A DNA stretch of 64,000 nt from Candidatus Borkfalkia faecigallinarum (GCA_019114625.1 DXFD01000083.1:1845-65844); one strand, 5' to 3'; positions 1 to 8,973 are shown, numbered from the stretch's first letter. Program-made: numbers and translations. The notes: a model not told the origin generated them from the sequence alone.

Positions 1-1
1 C

Positions 2-946
2 AAGATCCTTTCCGCCGACCCGGACGGGATGCGCGGCGCCGATCGGGAGAAGCTCACGCTCGCGCAGATGGCGCGCTCGGCCATCATCAAGCCGTACACC
101 GACGCGATGCTCAACCGCCACCAGTGGTGCGTGGCGGCCGTCCCTTCCGTCGCATGGGCGAAAAAGATCTTCCCCGAGGACAGGTCGAATACCGCCGTCG
201 AGCGGCTCTGGGATCTGATCCTGCACGTTTCGCGCGCGGACGGCAAGGACCCGCTCACCGATTGGATGTGGCACAACCGCTCGCTGCGCGCCAAGTGCGA
301 CAAACTCAACGCGCTCGGGCTGAAAGAGCTGGAATACCGCAGCGCCAACGGCACCCGCCTGCGCGTGGGGCTGATCGAAGGGGCGCAGTTCATTTCCGGG
401 AAGAAGTGCACGGTCGACGGCCACTACTTCAACCCCAACATCCCGACGGAGGAGTGCTTTACGACGCCCGCCCGCGGCAGGGCGGAGGGGATCGTGTACG
501 CGGTCAAGCCGCTCTCGTACGGCGGCGAGCTGATCGAAGACTTCTGGCTGCGGTTCGAAGAGGGGCGCGCGGTCGCCTGCGGCGCCAAAAAGAACGCGGC
601 GATGCTCGAAAAGATCCTCGCGATGGATGAGGGCGCTTCCTATCTCGGCGAGTGCGCGCTCGTCCCGTACGATTCGCCCGTCAACGAAACGGGCATCCTG
701 TTCTACAACACGCTGTTCGACGAAAACGCCTGCTGTCATCTCGCGCTCGGCCGCGGCTACAGCAATACGATCGTCGGGTTTGAAAAATTTTCGCGCGCCG
801 ACTTTGTAGCGATGGGCGTCAACGATTCCTCCGTCCACGTCGACTTCATGGTCGGGAGCGAAGACCTCGAGATCATCGGCCTCACGAAGGAGGGCACGCG
901 CGTGCCCGTCTTTACAAAGGGTACATGGAGCGCGCCGCTGCGCTGA
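2..946 (+). CDS. Aminopeptidase, M29 (PepS/AmpT) family, 5' end outside the window
   Basis: NIPTEECFTTP, LGECALV, LFDENACCHLALG and SSVHVDFMVG motifs; frame is open from the window start. Confidence 0.92.
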   Translation, partial: KILSADPDGMRGADREKLTLAQMARSAIIKPYTDAMLNRHQWCVAAVPSVAWAKKIFPEDRSNTAVERLWDLILHVSRADGKDPLTDWMWHNRSLRAKCDKLNALGLKELEYRSANGTRLRVGLIEGAQFISGKKCTVDGHYFNPNIPTEECFTTPARGRAEGIVYAVKPLSYGGELIEDFWLRFEEGRAVACGAKKNAAMLEKILAMDEGASYLGECALVPYDSPVNETGILFYNTLFDENACCHLALGRGYSNTIVGFEKFSRADFVAMGVNDSSVHVDFMVGSEDLEIIGLTKEGTRVPVFTKGTWSAPLR

Positions 947-958
947 CGGGAGAAGGGT

Positions 959-2188
959 ATGCAGAAGACCGCATTGATGAATTACGCGAAGCTGCTCGCG
1001 CGCGTCGGGCTGAACGTGCAGAAGGGGCAGGAAGTGATCATTTCTGCCGAGCTGGACCAGCCGGAATTTGTCGAGCTGGCGGCGGAGGAGTGCTACCGCG
1101 CGGGCGCGGCGAAGGTGCGCGTCGAATGGACGCATCAGCCCGTCGCGCGGCTCTCCGCGCAGTATTGCACGGAGGAGGTCCTCGGCGAGGTGCGCCCCTG
1201 GCAGGAGGAAAAGCTGCGCTGCGAAGTGCGCGAGCTTCCCGCCCGCCTGTATCTGGAGAGCGCCGACCCGGACGGCATGAACGGCATCGACGCCGCCAAG
1301 TACGCCCGCGCCGCGCAGGCGCGCTCGCGCATCGTCAAACCCTATCGGGATAAGATGGAAAACAAATACCAGTGGTGCATCGCCGCCGTCGCGGGCGAAA
1401 AGTGGGCAAAAAAGGTCTTTCCCCGCGCGACGGGCGCGAGCATCGCCGAGGACAAGCTCTGGCGCGCCATCCTCTCCTGCTCGCGCGCGCTGGAAGGCAA
1501 TCCTCTGGAAAACTGGCGCCGCCACAACGCGGATCTGACGGCGCGCTGCGATCATCTCAATTCCCTCGGCCTGACCTCGCTCGAATACCAAAGCTCGAAC
1601 GGCACCGACCTGCGCGTCGGGCTGCTGCGCGAGGGGCTGTTCGCGGCGGGGGAGGAGCGCACGCTCTCCGGCATCCCGTTCAATCCCAACATCCCGTCGG
1701 AGGAGGTGTTCACCAGCCCCGCGCGCGGGGAGGCGGAGGGCATCGTCTACTCCACCAAGCCGCTCTCCTATCAGGGCAGGCTCATCCGCAACTTCTCCGT
1801 CCGGTTCGAGAAGGGCCGCGCCGTCGAGGTGCACGCCGCCACGGGCGAGGATGTGCTCAAAAAGATGATCGAGATGGACGAGGGGGCTCCCTATCTCGGC
1901 GAGTGCGCGCTCGTCCCGTACGATTCGCCCGTCAACGCCAGCCGCGTCCTCTTTTACAACACGCTGTTCGACGAGAACGCCGCCTGTCACCTCGCGTTGG
2001 GAAGGGGATTCACAAACTGCGTGCGCGGTTACGAGGACAAGACGGAGGAGCAGCTGCACGCGATGGGCATCAACGATTCGATGATCCACGTCGACTTCAT
2101 GATCGGGAACGACGATCTGAACATCGACGGCGTCTCCGATACGGGCGCCCGCTATCCGATCTTCCGCAACGGCCGCTGGGCGTTCTGA
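959..2188 (+). CDS. Aminopeptidase, M29 (PepS/AmpT) family, tandem paralog
   Basis: YAKLLARVGLNVQKGQ N-terminus; NIPSEEVFTSP, LFDENAACHLALG and HVDFMIG motifs. Confidence 0.95.
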   Translation: MQKTALMNYAKLLARVGLNVQKGQEVIISAELDQPEFVELAAEECYRAGAAKVRVEWTHQPVARLSAQYCTEEVLGEVRPWQEEKLRCEVRELPARLYLESADPDGMNGIDAAKYARAAQARSRIVKPYRDKMENKYQWCIAAVAGEKWAKKVFPRATGASIAEDKLWRAILSCSRALEGNPLENWRRHNADLTARCDHLNSLGLTSLEYQSSNGTDLRVGLLREGLFAAGEERTLSGIPFNPNIPSEEVFTSPARGEAEGIVYSTKPLSYQGRLIRNFSVRFEKGRAVEVHAATGEDVLKKMIEMDEGAPYLGECALVPYDSPVNASRVLFYNTLFDENAACHLALGRGFTNCVRGYEDKTEEQLHAMGINDSMIHVDFMIGNDDLNIDGVSDTGARYPIFRNGRWAF

Positions 2189-2215
2189 TCCCGAAAAGAG
2201 GCAAAAACAAACCGA

Positions 2216-2242
2216 AAAAGGCGCCCCGCCGGGGCGCCTTTC
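2216..2242. terminator. Probable bidirectional intrinsic terminator
   Basis: AAAAGGCGCCCC-GCC-GGGGCGCCTTTC hairpin between convergent genes. Confidence 0.8.
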
Positions 2243-2292
2243 ATCGTTATGGCAGGCTGCCCTTGCGGGCGCCTTTCATCGTTATTGTCGGG

Positions 2293-3891
2293 TCATACAT
2301 ACAGGTGCAACTTGCCGAAATGGGCGATTAATGTCACGCAGAGTACTATGCAAACGGCGTCGATCGCCGCGACGGCGTACCAGCCGAAGACGGAGAGCGC
2401 CATGGCGGCGAAGCCGAGCAGCATACTGCCGAACGTGAAGATCAGGATCGGGATGCCCTGCTTGACGACGGCCGCTTCCGACTTCCAGTCGTATTTGGGG
2501 AATTTGTGGTTGAGGTAGATGCCGCCGAGCCCCGTGAAGGCGGAGAAGATGACCGCCGTCCCGAGCATGAGCGCCCAGCCGTCCGCGGCGGCGCCGATCT
2601 TGGCGCAGAACACGGCGGAAGCAAAGATGCCCACGAGCGCGTTGAGGAGGAAGGTGGGCGTCGCCTTGGCGAGGAAGATCGTCCGCGTCGAGACGGGCAT
2701 CGCGAACAGCAGCCCGCGCGAATTGCCTTCCAGGGACAGCGCGGACGCGGACGGGCAGGACATCCCGATAAACAGGATCAAAAGGCCGGCCGCCATATAG
2801 GGCAGCCTCTGTTCGAAGATGGCGGCGAGGAAGGGCGCCTCCGCCTGCGACTCCGCGATCAGCAGGTCGATCACGCTCTTGGCGTCCACGAACAGCAGCG
2901 CGACGCCCGCGATGACGAGCAGCATCGTCCCCGCGACGCCGTTGAGCAGATAGGTCGAGGTCGTAAACAGCTTCTTGAATTCCTTGTGCAGCAGCGCGGC
3001 GAAGGCGGAAGAGCTCTTCACGTCCCCCTTTTTATAAGCGACGCGCGCGCCATGGCTGAGCAGGGCGGCGTTGATCTTGGAATAGAAAGGGGAGACGAGC
3101 AGCACGAAGAGGGCAGCCGCCGCGAGGGAGACCCCGAGAAAGGCGAAGATGCCCCAGACCCCCTCGCCGGACAGGGTCAGCGTGATCCATTGGGCGGGCG
3201 GATAGATGTATTGCGCGAGCACGTCGGCGGCGGCCGCCATGTTTTCCTCTGCGTCGACCTGCATGGAAAAGCTGAAGGAAAAGCTCAGGAGGAAGATCCC
3301 GACGAGCATCGCCAGCCCGAGCAGCCCCTGCAGCAGCCCTTTGAAGCGCAGTCCTGCGGTCAGCGCGGTCAGCAGCGTGCTCAGCGCCGTCGCGACGACG
3401 ACGGGCAGCAGGGGCGCGCACAGCGTCGCGGCAAAGATGACAGCCAGCTTCCCGACAGAGAATCCCGCGAATACAAAGTAGACGACGGTGACGGGGAGCA
3501 TCACGCCCAGGCAGAAGAGCAGGTTGACGACATAGGAGACGAACAGCCGGCTTCCGATGACCGCGCTGCGGGAGACGGGCAGCGACATCACGGCGTCGTG
3601 ATCTTTGAGGGAAAACAGCATCGAACTTCCCTGCAGGAGGGAGAAAAAGAAGGTGATCACGGCGGCCAAGGCGATCGCCGTCGCCGGCACGGTCTCCGTC
3701 AGCCCGATCTCGCAGAGCAGGACGGCGAACAGGGTGATGTAGGCGAGCAGGATCAGCGAGACGATGCCGAAGGCGACCGCCCCGCCGACCGTTTTGCGGC
3801 GCACGCGCGGATCGTCCGTCTTGCGCGCGCGGTTGAGGCCGAGCAGCCCCATCAGCTGGATCTTGGCCAGCAGCATCCATTTAGCGCGCAT
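2293..3891 (-). CDS. ABC-2 type transporter permease
   Basis: 532 aa, many TM segments, SLPVS and SLEG..L..MPVS motifs; overlaps the ATPase gene. Confidence 0.88.
   Translation of the reverse strand: MRAKWMLLAKIQLMGLLGLNRARKTDDPRVRRKTVGGAVAFGIVSLILLAYITLFAVLLCEIGLTETVPATAIALAAVITFFFSLLQGSSMLFSLKDHDAVMSLPVSRSAVIGSRLFVSYVVNLLFCLGVMLPVTVVYFVFAGFSVGKLAVIFAATLCAPLLPVVVATALSTLLTALTAGLRFKGLLQGLLGLAMLVGIFLLSFSFSFSMQVDAEENMAAAADVLAQYIYPPAQWITLTLSGEGVWGIFAFLGVSLAAAALFVLLVSPFYSKINAALLSHGARVAYKKGDVKSSSAFAALLHKEFKKLFTTSTYLLNGVAGTMLLVIAGVALLFVDAKSVIDLLIAESQAEAPFLAAIFEQRLPYMAAGLLILFIGMSCPSASALSLEGNSRGLLFAMPVSTRTIFLAKATPTFLLNALVGIFASAVFCAKIGAAADGWALMLGTAVIFSAFTGLGGIYLNHKFPKYDWKSEAAVVKQGIPILIFTFGSMLLGFAAMALSVFGWYAVAAIDAVCIVLCVTLIAHFGKLHLYV
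2328..2354 (-). repeat. Dispersed AGTACT-core motif, copy 1 (inside the permease CDS)
   Basis: TTTGCATAGTACTCTGCGTGACATTAA on the minus strand. Confidence 0.85.
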
Positions 3892-4612
3892 CGCTTTCGA
3901 GCACCTCCAGGAACACCGTCTCGAGGCTCTCGTCGCCGCGCACCGCCTCGATGTCGCCGCTCGCCATCAGCTTTCCGTTCTTGATGATGGCGATCTTGTT
4001 GCACAGCTTCTCCGCCACGTCCAGGACGTGCGTGGAGAAGAAGATGGCCGATCCCGCGTCGCACATTTCGCGGAATACCTGCTTGAGTTTGAACGCCGCT
4101 TCCGGGTCCAGCCCGACGAACGGTTCGTCCAGGACCATCAGCTTGGGAGCGTGCAGCAGGGCGCCGATGATGGCAAGTTTCTGCTTCATGCCGTGCGAGT
4201 AGGAACTCACGAGCGAGCCGAGGTCGCCCGCGATGCGGAACATCTCGGCGTATTTTTCGATGCGCGCGCTGCGCGCCGACTTTTCGACCCCGAACATATC
4301 CCCGATGAAGTTTAAGTACTGGATGCCCGTCAAAAATTCGTACAGGTCGGGGTTGTCGGGGATATACGCCGTCACCGCCTTGCAGGCGACCGGCTGCTTT
4401 TTGACCGATTTGCCGTCGATGAAGATCTCGCCCTCTTCAAATTCGAGGATGCCCGTCACCGAGCGCAGCGTGGTCGTCTTGCCCGCGCCGTTCTGCCCGA
4501 TGAATCCGTAGATGTCGCCGGCATACACGTCTAAAGAGAGGTCGTCCACCGCCTTCTTTCCGTTGCCGTAACTCTTGCCGAGGTGTCGGATCTCCAGGAT
4601 CTTTTCTTTCAT
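3881..4612 (-). CDS. ABC transporter ATP-binding protein
   Basis: Walker A GQNGAGKTT, signature YSHGM, Walker B LMVLDEP, H-loop STH. Confidence 0.95.
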   Translation of the reverse strand: MKEKILEIRHLGKSYGNGKKAVDDLSLDVYAGDIYGFIGQNGAGKTTTLRSVTGILEFEEGEIFIDGKSVKKQPVACKAVTAYIPDNPDLYEFLTGIQYLNFIGDMFGVEKSARSARIEKYAEMFRIAGDLGSLVSSYSHGMKQKLAIIGALLHAPKLMVLDEPFVGLDPEAAFKLKQVFREMCDAGSAIFFSTHVLDVAEKLCNKIAIIKNGKLMASGDIEAVRGDESLETVFLEVLESDAR

Positions 4613-4665
4613 ACATCTCCTTTTCCCCGTTCCCCGCCTCGCGTGCAGGGCGTGGGGATGGTTTT

Positions 4666-4694
4666 ATGTTAGCACAGCGCGCGCTCTCTGTCAA
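4666..4694 (-). promoter_or_regulatory. sigmaA-type promoter for the ABC operon
   Basis: TTGACA-N17-TAACAT with TG extension on the minus strand. Confidence 0.65.
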
Positions 4695-4771
4695 GTGGAT
4701 AAACAAGATTTTTCGGGGGGGGGGGTAAAGGCAAAAAAAGTGATAATTTTCCGCTGCCGCGGCGGAAAATA

Positions 4772-4800
4772 TTGCGGTTTTTCCGTAAATCGTGTATAAT
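4772..4800 (+). promoter_or_regulatory. sigmaA-type promoter for the aldo/keto reductase gene
   Basis: TTGCGG-N17-TATAAT upstream of an AGGAGG RBS. Confidence 0.55.
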
Positions 4801-4830
4801 AGAAAAAATCAAAAGGAGGGAGAAGACCGG

Positions 4831-5745
4831 ATGCGCGAAGTCAGTATCGGCGGCGCCCGTTTCCCGGCGATCGCCGTCGGGTGCATGGGGCTGAACAAGT
4901 TGGACGGGGAGGGCGTGCGCGCCTTTCTGTCGGCGTCGCTGGACGCCGGCCTGTACTTTTTCGACCACGCGGATATCTACGGGGGAGGGGAATGTGAGAG
5001 CTTGTTCGGCGAGGCGATGGTCCGCCTCGGCGTCGCGCGGGACGCGTATGTCCTGCAATCCAAATGCGGCATCGTTCCGGGGAAGATGTACGACTTTTCC
5101 GAGGAACATATCCTCGCTTCCGTCGACGGGTCGCTGCGCCGCCTGCGCACCGACCGGCTGGACTTTTTATTGCTGCACCGCCCGGATGCGCTCATGCGGC
5201 CGGAGGAGGTCGCCGCCGCGTTCGACAAGCTGGCGGCGTCGGGCAAGGTGCTCCGTTTCGGCGTTTCCAATATGCACCCGTACCAGATCGAGCTGCTCCA
5301 AAGCTGCGTGCGCCGGCCGATCTGCGTAAACCAGCTCCAGTTTTCCCCCGCCCATGCGGGCATGATCACGGCGGGGCTGGAGGCGAATATGCGCACGGAG
5401 GGCGCGGCCTCGCACGACGGCTACGTCCTCGACTATTGCCGCCTGCACGGCATCGCGATCCAAGCGTGGTCGCCGCTGCGCTACGGTCTGCTGGAAGGGG
5501 TGTATCTGGACGATCCGCGGTTTGCCTCTCTGAACGCGTGCCTCGCGCGCATCGCGGGGGAGCGCGGCGTCGCCAAGTCGGCGATCGTCGCCGCGTGGAT
5601 CCTGCGTCATCCCGCCGCGATGCAGGTCGTCACGGGGACTTCCAACGCCCGCCGCCTGCTGGAAATGGCGGAGGGCGCGCAGATCGAGCTCTCCCGCGCC
5701 GAGTGGTACGAGATCTATCTTTCGGCGGGGAATCGTCTTCCCTGA
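4831..5745 (+). CDS. Aldo/keto reductase (YdhF/YcsN-like)
   Basis: FFDHADIYGGG, SKCGI, LLLHRPD, GVSN and QAWSPL motifs; ATG 4831 follows an RBS. Confidence 0.93.
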   Translation: MREVSIGGARFPAIAVGCMGLNKLDGEGVRAFLSASLDAGLYFFDHADIYGGGECESLFGEAMVRLGVARDAYVLQSKCGIVPGKMYDFSEEHILASVDGSLRRLRTDRLDFLLLHRPDALMRPEEVAAAFDKLAASGKVLRFGVSNMHPYQIELLQSCVRRPICVNQLQFSPAHAGMITAGLEANMRTEGAASHDGYVLDYCRLHGIAIQAWSPLRYGLLEGVYLDDPRFASLNACLARIAGERGVAKSAIVAAWILRHPAAMQVVTGTSNARRLLEMAEGAQIELSRAEWYEIYLSAGNRLP

Positions 5746-5779
5746 CGGAATTTTGCCGCCAAAATCGGAAATTTTGACG

Positions 5780-5806
5780 TTTGCAGAGTACTATGTGTGA
5801 CAGAGC
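5780..5806 (+). repeat. Dispersed AGTACT-core motif, copy 2
   Basis: TTTGCAGAGTACTATGTGTGACAGAGC. Confidence 0.88.
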
Positions 5807-5820
5807 GGGAGGTTAAACGC

Positions 5821-6411
5821 GTGAATACGATCGTGGTCGCGAGCGGCAACCGCGGCAAACTGCGCGAGATCGCGCAGATCTTTCGGGGATATACCATTCT
5901 CTCCATGCAGGAAGCCGGCTTTTCGGGCGACATCGAAGAGGACGGCGCCACCTTTGCGGAAAACGCGCTGATCAAGGCGCGGGCGGTCAGCCGCGCCCTG
6001 CATTGCACGGCGCTGGCGGACGATTCGGGGCTGTGCGTGGAGGCGCTGGGCGGCGCCCCCGGCGTGTACAGCGCCCGCTTCTGCGGCCGCCACGGCGACG
6101 ATGCTGCGAACAACGCCCTTTTATTAAAGAAGATGGAGGACGTCCCGGACGGCCGCCGCGCCGCTTATTTTGCGAGCTGCGTTGCTCTTTGTACGGCGGA
6201 CGGGCGGGAGCTGACGGCGGACGGGCGCACATATGGGCGGATCCTGCGCGCTCCGGAAGGGGAAGGCGGTTTTGGCTACGATCCGCTCTTTTACAGCGAC
6301 GAGCTTGGCAAAAGTTTCGGCGCCGCGACGGCGGAGGAGAAGAACGCCGTTTCCCACCGCGGCAAGGCGTTGGCGGCGCTCGCGGAAAAACTGGCGGGGG
6401 TGCGGCTATGA
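5821..6411 (+). CDS. rdgB: Non-canonical purine NTP pyrophosphatase (RdgB/Ham1)
   Basis: ASGNRGK, ADDSGLCV, PGVYSARF, GFGYDPLF and SHRGKA motifs; GTG start after GGAGGT. Confidence 0.95.
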   Translation: MNTIVVASGNRGKLREIAQIFRGYTILSMQEAGFSGDIEEDGATFAENALIKARAVSRALHCTALADDSGLCVEALGGAPGVYSARFCGRHGDDAANNALLLKKMEDVPDGRRAAYFASCVALCTADGRELTADGRTYGRILRAPEGEGGFGYDPLFYSDELGKSFGAATAEEKNAVSHRGKALAALAEKLAGVRL

Positions 6412-6878
6412 AGACGGTCGTCGTTTTGTCGGATACCCACCGCAACCTCGCCCCGCTCGACAAGATCTCCCGCGTCCTTTCCGAGTGCGACTATATCATC
6501 CATTTGGGGGATATGGCATCCGATGCGCGCGAACTTGCGCGCGCGTATCCGGAAAAGACGGTCGTGATCCGCGGCAACAACGATTTTTACGGCGGCGAGA
6601 ACGAGGTCGTGCTGGACGTGGAGGAGCGCCGCATCTTTGCCTGCCACGGCCATCGCTACGGCGTCAAGCACGGCACGGCTGAGCTCGTCTTCGCGGCGAA
6701 GGAGCGCGGCTGCGACATCGCCCTCTACGGCCATACGCATGAGGCGGATGTGCATGAAGAGGAGGGGGTGCTCGTGGTCAACCCCGGCTGCATGACCTTC
6801 TATACCCCGACGCCTTCGTATTGTTATCTCGTCGTCGCAGGGAAGAAGGCGGTCGCGACCGTCGTTGAAGTCCGTTAG
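6408..6878 (+). CDS. Metallophosphoesterase (YfcE/YsnB family)
   Basis: SDTH, HLGD, RGNND, CHGH, YGHTH and NPG motifs; usual neighbour of rdgB. Confidence 0.92.
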   Translation: MKTVVVLSDTHRNLAPLDKISRVLSECDYIIHLGDMASDARELARAYPEKTVVIRGNNDFYGGENEVVLDVEERRIFACHGHRYGVKHGTAELVFAAKERGCDIALYGHTHEADVHEEEGVLVVNPGCMTFYTPTPSYCYLVVAGKKAVATVVEVR

Positions 6879-6929
6879 GACGGGGCGCGCCGCGCGCGAA
6901 GAAAAATTTCAAAAATCGCCGAAAAATGT

Positions 6930-6958
6930 TTGACATAAAATTCTGCATTTGGTATAAT
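6930..6958 (+). promoter_or_regulatory. Consensus sigmaA promoter of the tRNA cluster
   Basis: TTGACA-N17-TATAAT with TG extension and upstream A-tracts. Confidence 0.9.
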
Positions 6959-6975
6959 AATCGAGCGTTGTGAAC

Positions 6976-7049
<74 letters not shown>

Positions 7050-7080
7050 AAAGCATAGATGAGAGTCGAGCGTGTAATGT

Positions 7081-7420
<340 letters not shown>

Positions 7421-7425
7421 TATAT

Positions 7426-7501
7426 GCACCTTTAGCTCAGTTGGTAGAGCAACTGACTCTTAATCAGTGGGTCCCGGGTTCGAGTCCCTGAAGGTGCACC
7501 A
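7426..7501 (+). tRNA. tRNA-Lys(CTT)
   Basis: ACTGA-CTCTTAA-TCAGT anticodon arm; CCA. Confidence 0.96.
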
Positions 7502-7543
7502 AAACAAAAAGACACGGATTTTCCGTGTCTTTTTGTTTTGGTG
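7497..7543 (+). terminator. Long perfect hairpin overlapping the tRNA-Lys 3' end (terminator-like)
   Basis: CACCAAAACAAAAAGACACGGA-TTT-TCCGTGTCTTTTTGTTTTGGTG, 22-bp stem. Confidence 0.75.
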
Positions 7544-7751
7544 TGGCGGCAGGATCGAGCGGGTCGCGCGGAGCGCGGGCTGTTCGTGCGCGAAGCGCTT
7601 TGCGCCGCAGGCGCAAGCCCCCGGAAGGTGCACGGTTCCGTGTCTTTTTGTTTTGGTGTGGCGGCAGGACCGAGCGGGTCGCGCGGAGCGCGAGCTGTTC
7701 GTGCTCGCGCAGCGAGCTTTGCGCCGCAGGCGCAAGCCCCCGGAAGGCGCC
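7521..7751 (+). repeat. Two tandem ~115-bp tRNA-linked repeat units with twin GNA hairpins and a tRNA-Lys 3'-end copy
   Basis: Units 7521-7633 and 7636-7751 are near-identical; unit 1 ends GAAGGTGCAC, matching tRNA-Lys 7490-7499. Confidence 0.9.
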
Positions 7752-7777
7752 GCGGGCATGGAAGAAAAAATGGGGGA

Positions 7778-7806
7778 TTGACAAACCGAAGATCCGGTGA
7801 TAGAAT
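7778..7806 (+). promoter_or_regulatory. sigmaA promoter for the lipoprotein gene
   Basis: TTGACA-N17-TAGAAT with TG extension. Confidence 0.75.
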
Positions 7807-7889
7807 AAAAGTGCAGAAAATACGATTGAAAGCGAGAGGCATCATCGAATACGACAGTAAAATAAATTGCATAAAGGGAGTGGAAAAGC

Positions 7890-8645
7890 ATGAAAAAGAA
7901 ATTATGGAAAGCATGGATCGTGCTCATTTTGGCGGTAATGACGCTTATGCTGAGCGCGTGTTCGGGATTTGTGCGTAATGAAGAGTGGGGATACTTTACG
8001 GTAAAATTTTATGATGACAGGGAAACTGCATATATAACAGGCTTAACGGAGCTTGGCAAACAACAGCGCTTTTTGGTGATACCCGAAGAGATAGACGGAG
8101 TTAGGGTGTCTACAATAGGTGAACGGCCTCTTTTGCAAATGTGGAGCAGTATAGGCTATGCTGATATCTGTAGTGAAAAATTAGAAAAAGTGTACTTTCC
8201 TACATCTGTTTATATAGTATCAGGTTCATTTAGAAATAGTCTGAACTTTACTAAAGCAATGATTATAGCAAATGAGGATGTTAATGGACTTAATGAAGCA
8301 CAGATAACGAGATATTATTCAAATAAAGTGTTTTTGGGTTTTACTGCTCACTCGCAAGAATACAATGGCAGAGCAAATGTATCATATTTCTATAATTATG
8401 AAACAGAAGAGAATTACGGCTATTATTGGATCGATGATTGGGATTATGGCAGTAAAATCGAATTTATCCCGCCCGAGCCGGAACGGGAAGGTTATACATT
8501 CGGAGGCTGGTATAAAGAGCCGGAGTGTATAAACGAATGGGATTTTGAAACGGACGTTCTGCCGGAAGAGCGTACGGAAATAAACGAAGAAGGTGAAGAG
8601 GAGGTGGTTTACCAAGAGACAAAATTGTATGCAAAATGGGTATAA
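7890..8645 (+). CDS. Lipoprotein with C-terminal InlB B-repeat (Listeria-Bacteroides repeat) domain; AT-rich gene
   Basis: Lipobox LSAC (Cys24); PEPEREGYTFGGWY...TKLYAKW repeat signature; LVIPEEIDGVRVSTIG resembles a BspA-type N-cap. Confidence 0.82.
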   Translation: MKKKLWKAWIVLILAVMTLMLSACSGFVRNEEWGYFTVKFYDDRETAYITGLTELGKQQRFLVIPEEIDGVRVSTIGERPLLQMWSSIGYADICSEKLEKVYFPTSVYIVSGSFRNSLNFTKAMIIANEDVNGLNEAQITRYYSNKVFLGFTAHSQEYNGRANVSYFYNYETEENYGYYWIDDWDYGSKIEFIPPEPEREGYTFGGWYKEPECINEWDFETDVLPEERTEINEEGEEEVVYQETKLYAKWV

Positions 8646-8773
8646 GGCGCGGGTTCCGGGAACGATTTGATCAAGGCAAAAAAGTTCCCGATATAGAATA
8701 ATTCGGTATAGAATATTTGGGCTGCGGGCGTCCTTTTGCGTCTTTGCTCGCAATACCGCTCTTCAAAAATTGA

Positions 8774-8802
8774 TTGACAATGCCGGCATAGTATGCTAAA
8801 AC
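8774..8802 (+). promoter_or_regulatory. sigmaA-type promoter with no downstream sense gene
   Basis: TTGACA-N17-TAAAAC with TG extension. Confidence 0.6.
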
Positions 8803-8804
8803 AG

Positions 8805-8973
8805 GTCTTACGAAGGGGCGGGACCGCCGCCCCTTCTGTCGATCGGCGATTATTTATCGTCGACCTTGGGTGCCTTGCTGGGCTTCGGCTTTTTTAAGAC
8901 GATTGAAACTCTGACGCTTTCGACTGCTTTCTGATTTTCAATCGCCTTTGCCAAGTCCGGCAAGGCTTTTTTT
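8805..8973 (+). ncRNA. Candidate structured small/antisense RNA, family unknown
   Basis: Upstream promoter, several strong stems, and a terminal hairpin GCCTTTGCC/GGCAAGGC followed by T7. Confidence 0.5.

Noticed and set aside
4315-4320. AGTACT inside the ABC ATPase gene (also 48314-48319 in scfB)
   Set aside because: Lacks the flanking GC...TG and distal A of the dispersed motif; treated as chance hexamers.
8690-8716. TATAGAATA direct repeat with 16-bp period after the lipoprotein gene
   Set aside because: Only two short copies in AT-rich DNA; cannot be distinguished from chance.
8805-8973. 6S RNA, SRP RNA, T-box, riboswitch or hammerhead ribozyme
   Set aside because: No recognisable signature of these families, and alr has its own promoter downstream; left as an unknown candidate RNA.
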